Shown here: positions 8,272 to 17,687 of the stretch, piece after piece | How the letters are laid out: every line of letters starts with the position of its first letter | Position numbering within the stretch: position 1 is the first letter of the stretch | Assembly (NCBI GenBank): GCA_963727445.1 | Contig: CAVSGI010000009.1 | Location: 384,001-448,000, forward strand | Direction of reading: 5' to 3' | DNA: 64,000 bases | From: an uncultured delta proteobacterium | GTDB taxonomy: Bacteria > Myxococcota_A > Polyangia > Polyangiales > B10-G4 | Made by a program: the position numbers and the translations under genes | The notes under the pieces: model-generated | Databases searched by the model: none | The model's input: only the letters and a program-made list of their open reading frames with translations | Told to the model about the DNA's origin: nothing

Positions 8272-9437
8272 TCAGGCGTCCGGCGGGCACGGCAGGAACA
8301 TCTCGAAGCGCGCCCCGCCGTCGGGAGCCGAACAGCAGCGGATTCGAGCCGCCCTGGTTGTCGATCAACGCCTTCGCGATGGGCAGGCCGAGACCGAGAC
8401 CGTAGGCCTTGGTGGTGACGAGCGGTTCGAAGAGTCGTTCGCGCTGCTCGTCGTCGATGCCGGTACCTTCGTCCTGGACCGCCAACAGAATCTGCGTGTC
8501 GCATGGCTCCGAGGTGATGGTGACCGTGCCCCCCGCGGGCATCGCGTCGAAGGCGTTCTCCAGGAGATTGCCGATGGCTTCGGTCACCTGAGCCCCGTCC
8601 ACCAGGGCGCGGAGTCCCTCGTCGATCGACACGTCGACTCGGATCTCGCCCACGGAAGCGTGAGTCTCGAGCGCAGCGTCCACGATGTCGCGGACGCTCA
8701 CCACAGCACGTTCGGGTGGACGGACGCGGCCGAAGTCGAGCAGCTCGCGGATGATCGAGTCCGCTCGCTGAACCTCTTCGCGAATGATGTCGACTGCCTG
8801 AATCGCGTGCGGATGAGCGTTCGGGTCCAGGTGACGCCGAAGCACGGCGCCCGCGTTGGCGATGGCCGCGAGCGGGTTGCGGATTCTGATGTGCGACACC
8901 GCCGGCGAGCTGGCCGAGGGCTGCCAGTCGCTCACGGCGAATCAGCCGCTCCTGCGCTTCCTCGAGCTGGTGCGTGCGCTCGGCCACCCGTTGCTCGAGC
9001 TCGTCGTTGGCGCGTTTGAGCGCTTCCTCCACCTCCTTGAGCGGCGTGATGTCCTTGATGATGCCCACCAGGTGGGTGACCTCTCCCTCGGCGTTGGTCA
9101 GCGGGACCTTCGTCGTGGCGAGGACGTGGACGGTGCCGTCCGCGTCGGTGATCGGCTCCTCTTCGATGGTGACCACGGCGCCGGTCCGAAACATCTCCCG
9201 GTCCTTTTGACGAAAGAAGTCCGCCTCTTCCTTCTTGAAGAAGTCGTAGTCCGACTTGCCCAGGAGCTCCTCACGGCCGAACCCCGTCATCTCGGAGAAA
9301 GCGCGGTTGACCAGCACGAAGCAGAAGCTCCGATCCTTCACGAACACCGGGTGGCCGATGTTCTCGACGATCGCCGAAAGGAAGGCGACGGATTCGGCAC
9401 CCCAAGGTGCGACGTCGTCCTCCGGAGCTTCCCCCAT
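8272..9437 (-). CDS. PAS-domain sensor histidine kinase (two +1 frameshifts, probably sequence errors)
   Basis: PAS/PAC, H-box AGGVAHQIRNPL, N-box NLLENAFDAM, DEGTG, FEPLVTTK, GLGLGL. Removing one base at ~8884 and at ~8343 restores a 387-aa protein. Confidence 0.85.
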
Positions 9438-9506
9438 CTCCAGAGCCTCGACCCGCGGAGCGCTCGGAGCAACACCAAAAGGAAACGTTCTGGCCGGAAC
9501 GACGAA

Positions 9507-10307
9507 TCAGCGGCCGAGACGCACGTGGTAGTGGTGCTGGCGCACCCGACCCTCGCGCGTGATCCGGACCACGTGCTCGTCGCGTCCGCCCAACCTGCCG
9601 TAGGCCTCGAGTGCCGCGTCGGGTGTCGCGATGTCGAGGCCGTCGACGCTGCGAACCAGATCGCCGTTCTGAAAGCCGAGGGCGTCCAGCATCGAGCCGG
9701 GGCGGATGCCGAAGACCTTCACACCGACGGTTCGCCCCTCCACCTCGTGAGGGATCACCCTCACCCACCGATCCCGAAAGGGCTCCTCCAGGGTGTCGTG
9801 GACGACGCTCTCGTCCACCTCCCACAGTTGCGGCCCCAGCTTTCGGATGTGCTCAGCGATGCTCGGGGACGGGTTTCCCAACAGGTGCTCGGTCTTGCGC
9901 GGGTCGAGCACACGCGGCCCGGCCGGCGCCGCAGTTGCCGCCGCCGGCATCGCGGGGGCCGGCGCCCTTCTCACCGCGAAGGGTTGCTGGAGCAACAGAA
10001 AATAGGCCAACCAGGCGGTCAGCCCGGCGATGGCCACCAGCCAGATCCCATGGACGAGCCTCTGCCGAGCGCGGTGTGGGTGCACGGCGTCCAGCTCTTC
10101 GAGGGAGGTGAGCGCACGCTGGGCCTCCGCGGCCGCGTTCAGCGCTTCGTCCCGTTGGCGGCGCAGCGCCCGACGGCGTGCCTCGAGCGCTTCGCGAAGG
10201 TCGCGGTAGGGGCCGTCGACAGAGTGTCCAGATGGATGGCCGGCCACTGACGGGTTGTCACTCGCGGTAGAGAAAGCCTTTTCCTTCGGGGCTCGGTGCA
10301 ACTTCAT
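9507..10307 (-). CDS. Membrane protein with C-terminal GspC-like PDZ domain
   Basis: Coiled coil, one TM helix, then GVKVFGIRPGSMLDALGFQNGDLVRSVDG PDZ signature; start uncertain. Confidence 0.7.
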   Translation of the reverse strand: MKLHRAPKEKAFSTASDNPSVAGHPSGHSVDGPYRDLREALEARRRALRRQRDEALNAAAEAQRALTSLEELDAVHPHRARQRLVHGIWLVAIAGLTAWLAYFLLLQQPFAVRRAPAPAMPAAATAAPAGPRVLDPRKTEHLLGNPSPSIAEHIRKLGPQLWEVDESVVHDTLEEPFRDRWVRVIPHEVEGRTVGVKVFGIRPGSMLDALGFQNGDLVRSVDGLDIATPDAALEAYGRLGGRDEHVVRITREGRVRQHHYHVRLGR

Positions 10308-10318
10308 GCCCCGTGTGA

Positions 10319-10334
10319 AGCAGGGCACGTGCCA
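10319..10334 (-). promoter_or_regulatory. Sigma54 -24/-12 promoter
   Basis: TGGCACG-TGCC-CTGCT upstream of the PDZ gene. Confidence 0.6.
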
Positions 10335-10346
10335 CTCGGCGAGCGC

Positions 10347-11024
10347 TCAGCTGCGGATGCGCCGCGCACCCGCGGGCGGGGTGAAGCCGAAGCGGCTCGC
10401 CGGGATCGCGCGGTCGAAGTGCATCCCGCTCATCTCGAACTTGTTCCGGTTCCCTTCGTGATCGTCGATGCGGATCTTGTGAACCAGGCCCGCGCGCGCG
10501 GGATTGGCGTCGACGAAGAGGAGCACCCGGCGGTAGCGGGGATCGGGGCGCCGCGGCCGGAGCTCGAGCACGTAGCCCGACCACCGATAGGTTCGCGGGT
10601 CGAGCAGACGGAAGGTGTAGCTGTCCTCGAGACGACCTTCACCCGTGAGAAAGGAGAAAGCGCCAGGGAGCTGGGCGCGGCTCATCGGGGTGTTCACGTA
10701 TTGGCCCGCGCCACCGTCGTCGCCGGGCTCCCAGACGGTGAGATCGCTGCCGTCGGAGACGATGATCTTTCCGTTGGGTCGCGCGTAGTCGAAGCGCATC
10801 TTGCCAGGCTTGTCGAAGCTCATCCGGCCGTGTGAGCGCTCGTAACGACTGTACATCCGGTTGTAATAGGTCTGGACGAAGCTGGCCTCGAAGCCTTCGC
10901 TCTGGTCGTAGAAGGTCTGCACCTGTGCGGCGACCGTGCGCGCTCGGTCCTGAGCGCTCGCGGGGAGCGCCGCGAGCAGGAGCAGGAGAAAGGGCAGAGC
11001 GAATGCGGTTTTCGTCCGAGTCAT
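10347..11024 (-). CDS. lolA: Outer-membrane lipoprotein carrier protein LolA
   Basis: Signal peptide; ASFVQ, GRMSFDKPGKMRFDY, IVSDG, LELRP, GNRNKFEMS, FGFTPPAGA. Confidence 0.85.
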   Translation of the reverse strand: MTRTKTAFALPFLLLLLAALPASAQDRARTVAAQVQTFYDQSEGFEASFVQTYYNRMYSRYERSHGRMSFDKPGKMRFDYARPNGKIIVSDGSDLTVWEPGDDGGAGQYVNTPMSRAQLPGAFSFLTGEGRLEDSYTFRLLDPRTYRWSGYVLELRPRRPDPRYRRVLLFVDANPARAGLVHKIRIDDHEGNRNKFEMSGMHFDRAIPASRFGFTPPAGARRIRS

Positions 11025-11194
11025 GCTCCTGGGACAGCCCGCCGCCGGGCAGTATTCAGGCGCGCCTCGGGACCTTCAGATTCCGGTAAGAAAGCGCCGG
11101 CACACGGCCGATTGCTGCGAAAGGAGGAAGGATTCCGAAAAGGAGGCCGTAGTTGGGGCGTAACCGGCTGTTCGACCGCCCTTCGGAGCCCCCG

Positions 11195-12178
11195 ATGACC
11201 ACTCAGAGCTTTGGAACCCAGGACCCCCCGAACCCGAGCCAGGCGCTGCCCAGCGCGCCCCCCACGTCGCAGCCGCCCTCCTTCGCGTCGGCGCCAAAGA
11301 AGGCCGACACCACCTGGGTGTGGATCGTGGCTGGGGTGGGCTGCGTCGGGATGCTCGGCCTCGGGATCATGGTCGCCGGGATCGGCGCGCTCGTCGCCTT
11401 CAGCACGGACAGCGGCGACGAGTACGGGGCGGTCTACGCGGATACCTACGACCCGTATGCTGCGGGCGCCTACGATCCCTACGCGGCTCCGACCGTCGAC
11501 CCTCTCGCCGCTCCTGCCGGCGACTCCTTCGGCGGGCTCGGCGCAGCGGGCTATGGCGTACCGGACGAGCCCATCGAGCCCATGCGCTACGTGCCCGTCG
11601 ACGGAAGCCCTTCCGAGGGTCCGGCCGACGCGCTGGTGACCATCGTCGTCTTCGCCGACTACCAGTGTCCCTTCTGCAGCCGCGTTCAGCCCACCCTCGC
11701 GCAGATCCGGGAGACTTATGGAGACGACGTCCGCATCGTCTACAAGAACAACCCGCTTCCCTTCCATCAGAACGCCATGCCCGCGGCGGAGCTCGCGTTC
11801 GAGGCGCGTGCCCAGCGCGGCGACGCCGGCTTTTTCGAGGCGCACGAGCTGCTCTACGATCGCCAGCAGAACCTGAGTCGCTCGGACCTCGAGCGAATCG
11901 CGCGCGATCTCCACCTCGACGCCCGTCGCACACGCCGCGCCCTCGACGACCACACCCATCGCGCCGCCATCCAGACGGAGATGGATCTCGCGACGCGCGT
12001 CGGCGCCACCGGCACGCCGAACTTCTTCATCAACGGTGTCCAGGTGCGAGGCGCACAGCCCTACGAGGAGTTCGCTCGTGTGATCGATCAGCAGCGCATC
12101 GGCGCGACGCTGCTCGTCGCCTCCGGCGTGCCCCGCGCACAGGTGTACGACACGCTGATGCGCGACGCCCTGCGCTGA
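11195..12178 (+). CDS. Membrane-anchored DsbA/thioredoxin-domain protein
   Basis: TM helix, GPADALVTIVVFADYQCPFC (CxxC), GATGTPNFFING, GAQP. Confidence 0.88.
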   Translation: MTTQSFGTQDPPNPSQALPSAPPTSQPPSFASAPKKADTTWVWIVAGVGCVGMLGLGIMVAGIGALVAFSTDSGDEYGAVYADTYDPYAAGAYDPYAAPTVDPLAAPAGDSFGGLGAAGYGVPDEPIEPMRYVPVDGSPSEGPADALVTIVVFADYQCPFCSRVQPTLAQIRETYGDDVRIVYKNNPLPFHQNAMPAAELAFEARAQRGDAGFFEAHELLYDRQQNLSRSDLERIARDLHLDARRTRRALDDHTHRAAIQTEMDLATRVGATGTPNFFINGVQVRGAQPYEEFARVIDQQRIGATLLVASGVPRAQVYDTLMRDALR

Positions 12179-12197
12179 GGGTCCGGCTGGCGCTCGT

Positions 12198-13687
12198 TCA
12201 GCGCCGCCGGCGCAAGCCGAGCAAAGCGAGCAGCGCGAGCACCAGCGCGGCGACCGGTGCCGGCACGCGGCTGTCGCCGCCGACCACGCGGCAGCCGCAG
12301 CCGATCGGTCCCGCGCGTCCGTCGAGCTTCCAGGGGTTGCACTCGAGGTGGGAGCCGTCGCATCTGGAGGCGCCGTCCGGCGCCGAGCCGTCGGGCGGCG
12401 TGCCGCTGTCGGGTACACCCGAGTCGGGCGGTCCCCCATCGGGTCCGGCATCGGGCCCCGCGTCCGGCGGCTCGCACCCGACGAGCGTGTCGTCGACCAG
12501 CCCGTTGCAGTCGTCGTCGATGCCGTTACAGACCTCGGTGCTCGGCATGCCAGGCGTACACGTGCCGGGAACGCCACCAAGGCAGGCCGGCGCCGACGCC
12601 CGGCATGCGCCGACGCCGCACGTCAGGTCGGGGAGGTTGTCGACCACACCGTCGCAGTCGTCGTCGATGAGGTTGCAGAGCTCGGGGCTCGGCGGGAGCG
12701 GGTCGCAGCGCCGAGGACGCCCGCCCACGCAGTTGGGGACGGATGTGATGCAAGCGCCGACGCCGCACATGCTGGTCCCCAGCTCCTCGTCGGTCCGGCC
12801 GTCGCAGTCGTCATCGAGGCCGTTGCATCCCTCGGCGCCCGGCATGACGTTCGCGTCGCACCGCGACTCTTCGGCGCTCACGCAAACGCGCGTGCCCGCG
12901 CGACACACGCCCGGCAGGTCGGTGGTGCAAGGGTCGCCGCGGCCCGGGCACATCACCTCGCCGCCGCGGATCTCGAAGCGCCACACGCCGGGAACACCGA
13001 CGTTCGACGTCGTGCAGAGGTCGAGAACGCTCATCGAGAGCGAGCCCGGTAGCGCGACGTAGTCCATCAGGTTGCCGGCGTCGAAGCCGGCCTGCGCGGG
13101 TGTGCCACCGAAGCCGCCGGAGCCGCTGCTCGCGTCTCCCGTCGTCCACTCGCAACGGTTGTAGCGAAACTCGACGTCGAAGTCTCCGATCCCCGGCGGC
13201 GCCGCCCGGAGGATCATCTGGAAGTCGTTCTGAAGGTCGTCGTGGGTCGAGTAGTAGCCGACGTCGTGCCAGGTCGCGACGAACTGTCCGGGAGTGATCG
13301 ACCAGTAGACACCGTTCTGCATCGGTGCGCCGCCGCCGCGCGTGTCGACGTCACCCCACCACGGGGCGATCATCGGTTGACTCGCGATCGGGAACGGGCT
13401 CGGCGTGAACGTGTAGAGCGCCGCGCCGAAGGAGACGTTCCCGTTGTTGTTCACGTAGAGCGAGGTGTAGGTCGTGCCGAAGAAGCCGAGGCCGTCGGGA
13501 AACGCCGAGCGCACGTCGATCTCGGCGCTCGACCCGTCGTCGTTCGCAGGGAGGTTGCCCGTGCCGTAGCCGCCGGGCCCGCCGAGACCCGAGAGCAGCG
13601 GTGCCGCCGCCGCGGGGGCAGGGGGAGCGCTCCGGCGAGGATGAACGCCGCGACGACCGCGCGAGGGATGAGCGTGTGTGTCTTCAT
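12198..13687 (-). CDS. Nidogen (NIDO)-like surface protein with Cys-rich repeats and MYXO-CTERM tail (one frameshift in a G5 run at ~13621)
   Basis: YVNNNGNVSF, IAPWWGDVDTR, VATWHDVGYY, PAQAGFDAG (NIDO); ExCNxxDDDCxG repeats; GCGCRVV-TM-RRRR tail; signal peptide MKTHTLIPRAVVAAFILA in the adjacent frame. Confidence 0.85.
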
Positions 13688-13835
13688 GTGCCGCTCCCCC
13701 TCTAGGTTGCACGACCCGCGCCGTTCGATGAAGTACCCAGCCATGGATCGCCAAACTGAGCCAAGTTGAGCGGTGGTGTGTCAGCAAGGTCTGGCGAAGC
13801 GCTTCAATTTGCGGAGAAAAGGAGCAATTCCCGGT

Positions 13836-13851
13836 CGGCACGCGCCCTGCT
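13836..13851 (+). promoter_or_regulatory. Possible sigma54 promoter
   Basis: CGGCACG-CGCC-CTGCT; the predicted TSS falls very close to the ATG, so less certain. Confidence 0.35.
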
Positions 13852-13863
13852 TTGGAGGAGGGT

Positions 13864-15717
13864 ATGCGATTCCTCCTCCTCCCCGTCGGCTCCCTCACCC
13901 TTCTCGTCGCGTGCAACAGCGCCTTTCGCGAGCCCGAGATCATCGACGAGTGCTTCGACTGCTGCGAGGACGGGTTCTCCGACTGCGTTCCGCCAGACAT
14001 CGACCCCGAGCGCTCGCTCCCACCACTCGTCCAGGCGGAGACTCCGCCGCCGCCGTTGAGCGGCGGGAGTCTCCTCGTCACGGGCGATCGCGCCATCGTC
14101 GCCGACCCCGACCGCGACGCCGTCCACCTGGTGTCCCTCGCCTCTGGCGAGCCGGCGCGGCGCCTGAACACGACCGTCCTCGAGCCCGGCGACGAGCCGG
14201 GCCGCGTCGTCGAGGACGGAGCGGGGAGCTACTTCGTCGTCCTGCGCGGCGGCGGCGCCATCGCGCGCTTCGATGGCGCCCTCAAGTTGATGGAGCGCTA
14301 CGAGGTCTGCTCCTCACCGCGCGGCGTCGCGGTCTTCGAGACCACGCTCTACGTCGCCTGCCTCGAGGGCGACCTCGTCACCATCGACACCGCCTCCGGC
14401 GAGGAGCTCACGCGGCGGAGCGTGGGCGAGGATCTGCGTGACGTCATCGTCACGCCGGAGCGCGTCTACGTCTCGCACTTCCGAAGCGCATCCGTGTCGG
14501 TCTTCCCCCGAGAGGGTGACACGGAGATGCAGGAGCTCGTGATCCCGCCGGTGGTGGATCCGATCCGCGCCGCGATGACGCCCTCGGTCGCCTACCGGAT
14601 GATCCAGCACGACGGATCGATCCTCGTGCTCCACCAGCTCGCCGCCGCTGAGGCCCCCGTTCAGATCGCGGTCTCGGGTGGATACGGCGGCGTCGATTGC
14701 AGGCCCGGCATCGTCCAGGCCGCGATCACCGTCATCGAGGGCACCGAGATCGTGAACACCACGGCGCTCGGCAACCTGGTCCTGCCGGTCGACGTCGCCC
14801 TCGGCAGCGTCAGCGAGATGTTGATGATCGTCGCGGCTGGAAGCCGGACCGACGCACCCACCTCGGGCGGGTTCGCCCCTTCGTTTCGCGCACCCGCGGT
14901 CGCACAACTGCGCCTCCAGGATGCGAGGACCTCACCGACCGTGCCCCTGGGATGCACCTCGGGCGTCACCTACGACGATGGCCGCCGTCCGACCGCGGTG
15001 GGCTTCACCGACGACGGGCGCGCCGTCGTGCTCACCCGCGCGCCTGTCGAGCTCCACGTGCTCGAGACCGACGAGCACGTCGACCTTCCCGGCCGGGATG
15101 TGTACGACGTGGGCCACGAGCTCTTCTTTGGCGACAGCGGCGGCGGGATCGCGTGCGCGTCCTGTCACGCCGAAGGCGGCGACGACGGTCTGGTGTGGAC
15201 CTTCGAGGGGATCGGCCCCCGCCGCACTCTGGAGATCCGGGGCGGGATCCTGGGAAGCGAGCCCTTCCACTGGGACGGCGACATGGCGGACTTCCGCCAC
15301 CTCGCTCAGCAGGTCTTCTCGACGCGCATGCTCGGACCCGAGCTCCCGGACGAATACGCGGACGCCCTCGCGGCCTACATCGACGGCCTGACCGTCCCCG
15401 CCCACGGCGACCACGTCGATCCTCTCGCGGCCGAGCGCGGGCGCGCGATCTTCGAGAGCGCCGAAGCGCAGTGCAGCGTGTGTCACGGCGGCCCGCGCCT
15501 GTCGACGCCCGGCACCTTCGACGTCGGCACCGGCGGCGCCTTCCAGGTTCCGTCGCTGGTCGGGGTCGGCCTGAGGGCGCCCTACATTCACAACGGCTGC
15601 GCCGACACGCTCGAAGAGCGCTTCTCGCCGAGCTGTGGGGGCACCGCGCATGGCCACGTCGAGGACCTCGCCCCCGAGGAGCTCGACGACCTGATCGCTT
15701 ACCTGCACAGCGTCTGA
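13864..15717 (+). CDS. Lipoprotein with beta-propeller plus di-heme cytochrome c (peroxidase-like) domain
   Basis: Lipobox LLVAC; YncE-like repeats; two CxxCH (CASCH, CSVCH); PFHWDG, VPSLVGV..RAPYIHNG; RBS GGAGGAG. Confidence 0.82.
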   Translation: MRFLLLPVGSLTLLVACNSAFREPEIIDECFDCCEDGFSDCVPPDIDPERSLPPLVQAETPPPPLSGGSLLVTGDRAIVADPDRDAVHLVSLASGEPARRLNTTVLEPGDEPGRVVEDGAGSYFVVLRGGGAIARFDGALKLMERYEVCSSPRGVAVFETTLYVACLEGDLVTIDTASGEELTRRSVGEDLRDVIVTPERVYVSHFRSASVSVFPREGDTEMQELVIPPVVDPIRAAMTPSVAYRMIQHDGSILVLHQLAAAEAPVQIAVSGGYGGVDCRPGIVQAAITVIEGTEIVNTTALGNLVLPVDVALGSVSEMLMIVAAGSRTDAPTSGGFAPSFRAPAVAQLRLQDARTSPTVPLGCTSGVTYDDGRRPTAVGFTDDGRAVVLTRAPVELHVLETDEHVDLPGRDVYDVGHELFFGDSGGGIACASCHAEGGDDGLVWTFEGIGPRRTLEIRGGILGSEPFHWDGDMADFRHLAQQVFSTRMLGPELPDEYADALAAYIDGLTVPAHGDHVDPLAAERGRAIFESAEAQCSVCHGGPRLSTPGTFDVGTGGAFQVPSLVGVGLRAPYIHNGCADTLEERFSPSCGGTAHGHVEDLAPEELDDLIAYLHSV

Positions 15718-15725
15718 CGCTGACC

Positions 15726-16541
15726 TCAGGGCAGCGCCTGCGACCACGCCGACAAGAGCGCCTCTGGCGCATCCACGTGCACCCAATGGCCCGCGCCCGA
15801 GATCACCAGGACGGTGGTTTCGGCGCGGGCCGCGGCGATGGCACGGGCCCGTTCGATGTCTCGTGCCTCGAAGACGTTCGAGGCTCCGCCGACCACGATC
15901 GACACACGGCACCCTTCGGCGGGCTCTTCGAGCGCCTGCCAGAGGTCGACGGCGAAGTAGTCGTCGAGGAGCGCGCCGATCGCGTCGAGATCGAGTCGCA
16001 GCACATAGCCGTCTCCTTCGGCGTCGACGTTCATCGCGAGCCACCGCGCGAGACCGCGGTCGTGTCCGCGCGCCATCACCGCGTCGACGAAGGCTTCGCG
16101 GGACGCCCAGCGTTTGGGGAGCTCGCGCAGCATCGCCACCACCGCGAGTGTGCCTTCGGAGCCTCGGCCATTCGGTCGCGGACCCGGCATCGAGTCCACC
16201 GTGACCAGGCTCGCGAGCGTGCGCCGTCGCGCGTAGGCGAGGGCGACCTTTCCACCGAAGCTGTGGCCGAGCACGCCCGCCACCGGAAGCGGCAGCGCCT
16301 CTTCGAGGGCGACGAGATCCGAGGCCGCCGTCGCGAGGGTGTGCGGCGGCGACAAGCCCTGAGACCCCCCGTGCATTCGAAGGTCGACCAGGCACGCGCC
16401 CCACTCGGGGCGCTCAGCGACCAGCTTGCGCGCGAGGCTTCGCCAGTTGCTCTGGCTGCCGAGGATCCCGTGGAGCACCAGGACCAGGCGCTCTGGCTCG
16501 GCGCCCCGAGCGCTCACCAAGCTGTGTGAGAGAAAGCTCAC
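15726..16541 (-). CDS. Alpha/beta hydrolase (YbfF/ABHD11-like esterase)
   Basis: LHGILGSQSNW, VDLRMHGGS, GHSFGGK, AGHWVHVDAPE; start set at GTG 16541. Confidence 0.88.
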   Translation of the reverse strand: MSFLSHSLVSARGAEPERLVLVLHGILGSQSNWRSLARKLVAERPEWGACLVDLRMHGGSQGLSPPHTLATAASDLVALEEALPLPVAGVLGHSFGGKVALAYARRRTLASLVTVDSMPGPRPNGRGSEGTLAVVAMLRELPKRWASREAFVDAVMARGHDRGLARWLAMNVDAEGDGYVLRLDLDAIGALLDDYFAVDLWQALEEPAEGCRVSIVVGGASNVFEARDIERARAIAAARAETTVLVISGAGHWVHVDAPEALLSAWSQALP

Positions 16542-16564
16542 AAGGCGTCCCGGTTCTCGAATCC

Positions 16565-16645
16565 AAAAGAAGGCCCCCGGCTGCCGCGGCACGATGCAAG
16601 GAGGGGAGGGACTGCACAATACCGAGACTTTGCGGGGGGCCTTCG
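16565..16645 (-). ncRNA. Candidate sRNA A (~80 nt, long hairpin with C/U-rich anti-SD-like loop)
   Basis: Outer stem GAAGGCCCCC/GGGGGCCUUC followed by UUUU; inner stem CGGUAUUGUGCA/UGCAUCGUGCCG with G-U pairs; loop UCCCUCCCCUCC; TTGCGG-17-CACGTT promoter at 16679-16651. Confidence 0.55.
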
Positions 16646-16722
16646 GGTAAAACGTGAGGCTGCTTCAGCTCTGCCGCAAGCCCAGCCTTGCCTTCGGCTT
16701 TTGCGCTGCCGTATACCGGGAT

Positions 16723-16810
16723 CTCCGCGTCGACTGCGAAAATGCGAGGAGGGGATCCTCTGCACGGTCGTAAGCGAAGGCCCCCGAAACCCGGGGGCTT
16801 TCGTGTTTGT
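16723..16810 (+). ncRNA. Candidate sRNA B (~90 nt, complementary to sRNA A)
   Basis: TTGCCT-18-TATACC promoter (16688-16717); stem CGACUG/CGGUCG enclosing the UGC-GAGGA-GGGGA-UCCUC-UGCA hairpin; ends in an intrinsic terminator. Confidence 0.5.
16775..16810 (+). terminator. Rho-independent terminator
   Basis: CGAAGGCCCCC-GAAACCC-GGGGGCTTTCG then TGTTTGT; G-U wobble and U tract favour the + strand; may also terminate the convergent GST gene. Confidence 0.7.
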
Positions 16811-16820
16811 GGCTTCAGCC

Positions 16821-17537
16821 TCACGCGTCGCCGTCTTCATCCAACTCCGGGTAGTGGCGAAAGAGGCCTTTGTCGTTGAAGGGCTGGCGCCGATCGGAGG
16901 CGAGGTACGCGGCGATCCTGGGGAGCGCGGCGACGCGCGCGCGATGCGCCTCGAGCGCCGGGAGCTCCTTCGCGACGCGGGCGTGCGCATGCGGCAGCGC
17001 GTGAGCGATCCCCTCGATCGTCTGAAAGAGCGAGAGATCGGCGTAGCTCATCGTCTCGCCGGCGAGCCAGGGACCGCGCGCGAGCACACGCTCGAAATAG
17101 CGGCCGAACTTCGGCAGGCGATGGGCGATGAAGGCCGCCGCGCGCGCCTTCGCTTCCGCCTTCTGCTCCTCGTAGTAGGCCTGCGGTCCGAGAGGGTGGT
17201 GGGTGTCGTGGGCCTCCACCACCAGGTCCGCGATCGTCAGTTGATAGAGCAGCACGTTCGCTCGGCCGATGGGATCGGCGGGGCAGAGCCCGAGGCGGGG
17301 CCCGAGGTAGTCGAGGATCAGCGAGGTCTGCGAGAGCAGGACGTCACCGTGGACCAGGATGGGGGGCGCGAAGGGCGGCGGAGAGCGGTCGTCGAAGCGG
17401 CCGGGCTCGTAGGGGACATCCTCGAAAGGGGTGCCGGTCGCCTCGAAGGCCAGGCGAACGTACTCCCCGCGGCCAGGCAGGCCCGACCAGTAATGAAGGT
17501 GGTATTCGGCACTCTTCCGATTTTCAGTGGTCGACAT
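16821..17537 (-). CDS. Glutathione S-transferase
   Basis: YWSGLPGRGEYVRLAF, FAPPIL, SQTSLILDYL, LTIADL, SYADLSLFQ; ATG at 17537. Confidence 0.9.
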   Translation of the reverse strand: MSTTENRKSAEYHLHYWSGLPGRGEYVRLAFEATGTPFEDVPYEPGRFDDRSPPPFAPPILVHGDVLLSQTSLILDYLGPRLGLCPADPIGRANVLLYQLTIADLVVEAHDTHHPLGPQAYYEEQKAEAKARAAAFIAHRLPKFGRYFERVLARGPWLAGETMSYADLSLFQTIEGIAHALPHAHARVAKELPALEAHRARVAALPRIAAYLASDRRQPFNDKGLFRHYPELDEDGDA

Positions 17538-17687
17538 ATTCCTCGAATGGGCAGGGCGTCTCGGCGGATTTCTGCTAAGGTGCGACCCCCGCTGCGGAGG
17601 GATGTCTGCGGGTGGGGGCCCGGGGCCCCGTTTTACCAGGATTTTCCGCGCCTGCGAGACTCGATTGGGGCGCCACAGGAGAGCACC

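Noticed and set aside
7596..9437. 613-aa ORF suggesting a PAS-membrane protein fusion
   Set aside because: Artefact of the frameshift at ~8884; the middle is out-of-frame kinase sequence.
16565..16810. Retron msr/msd or riboswitch interpretation of the structured region
   Set aside because: No reverse transcriptase in the window and no riboswitch consensus that I recognise; an Rfam scan is still needed.
16542..17687. Long ORF extensions (15726..16619, 16701..18644, 16821..18812) crossing the intergenic region
   Set aside because: Upstream in-frame extensions lacking homology signals; better starts exist at 16541, 17688 and 17537.
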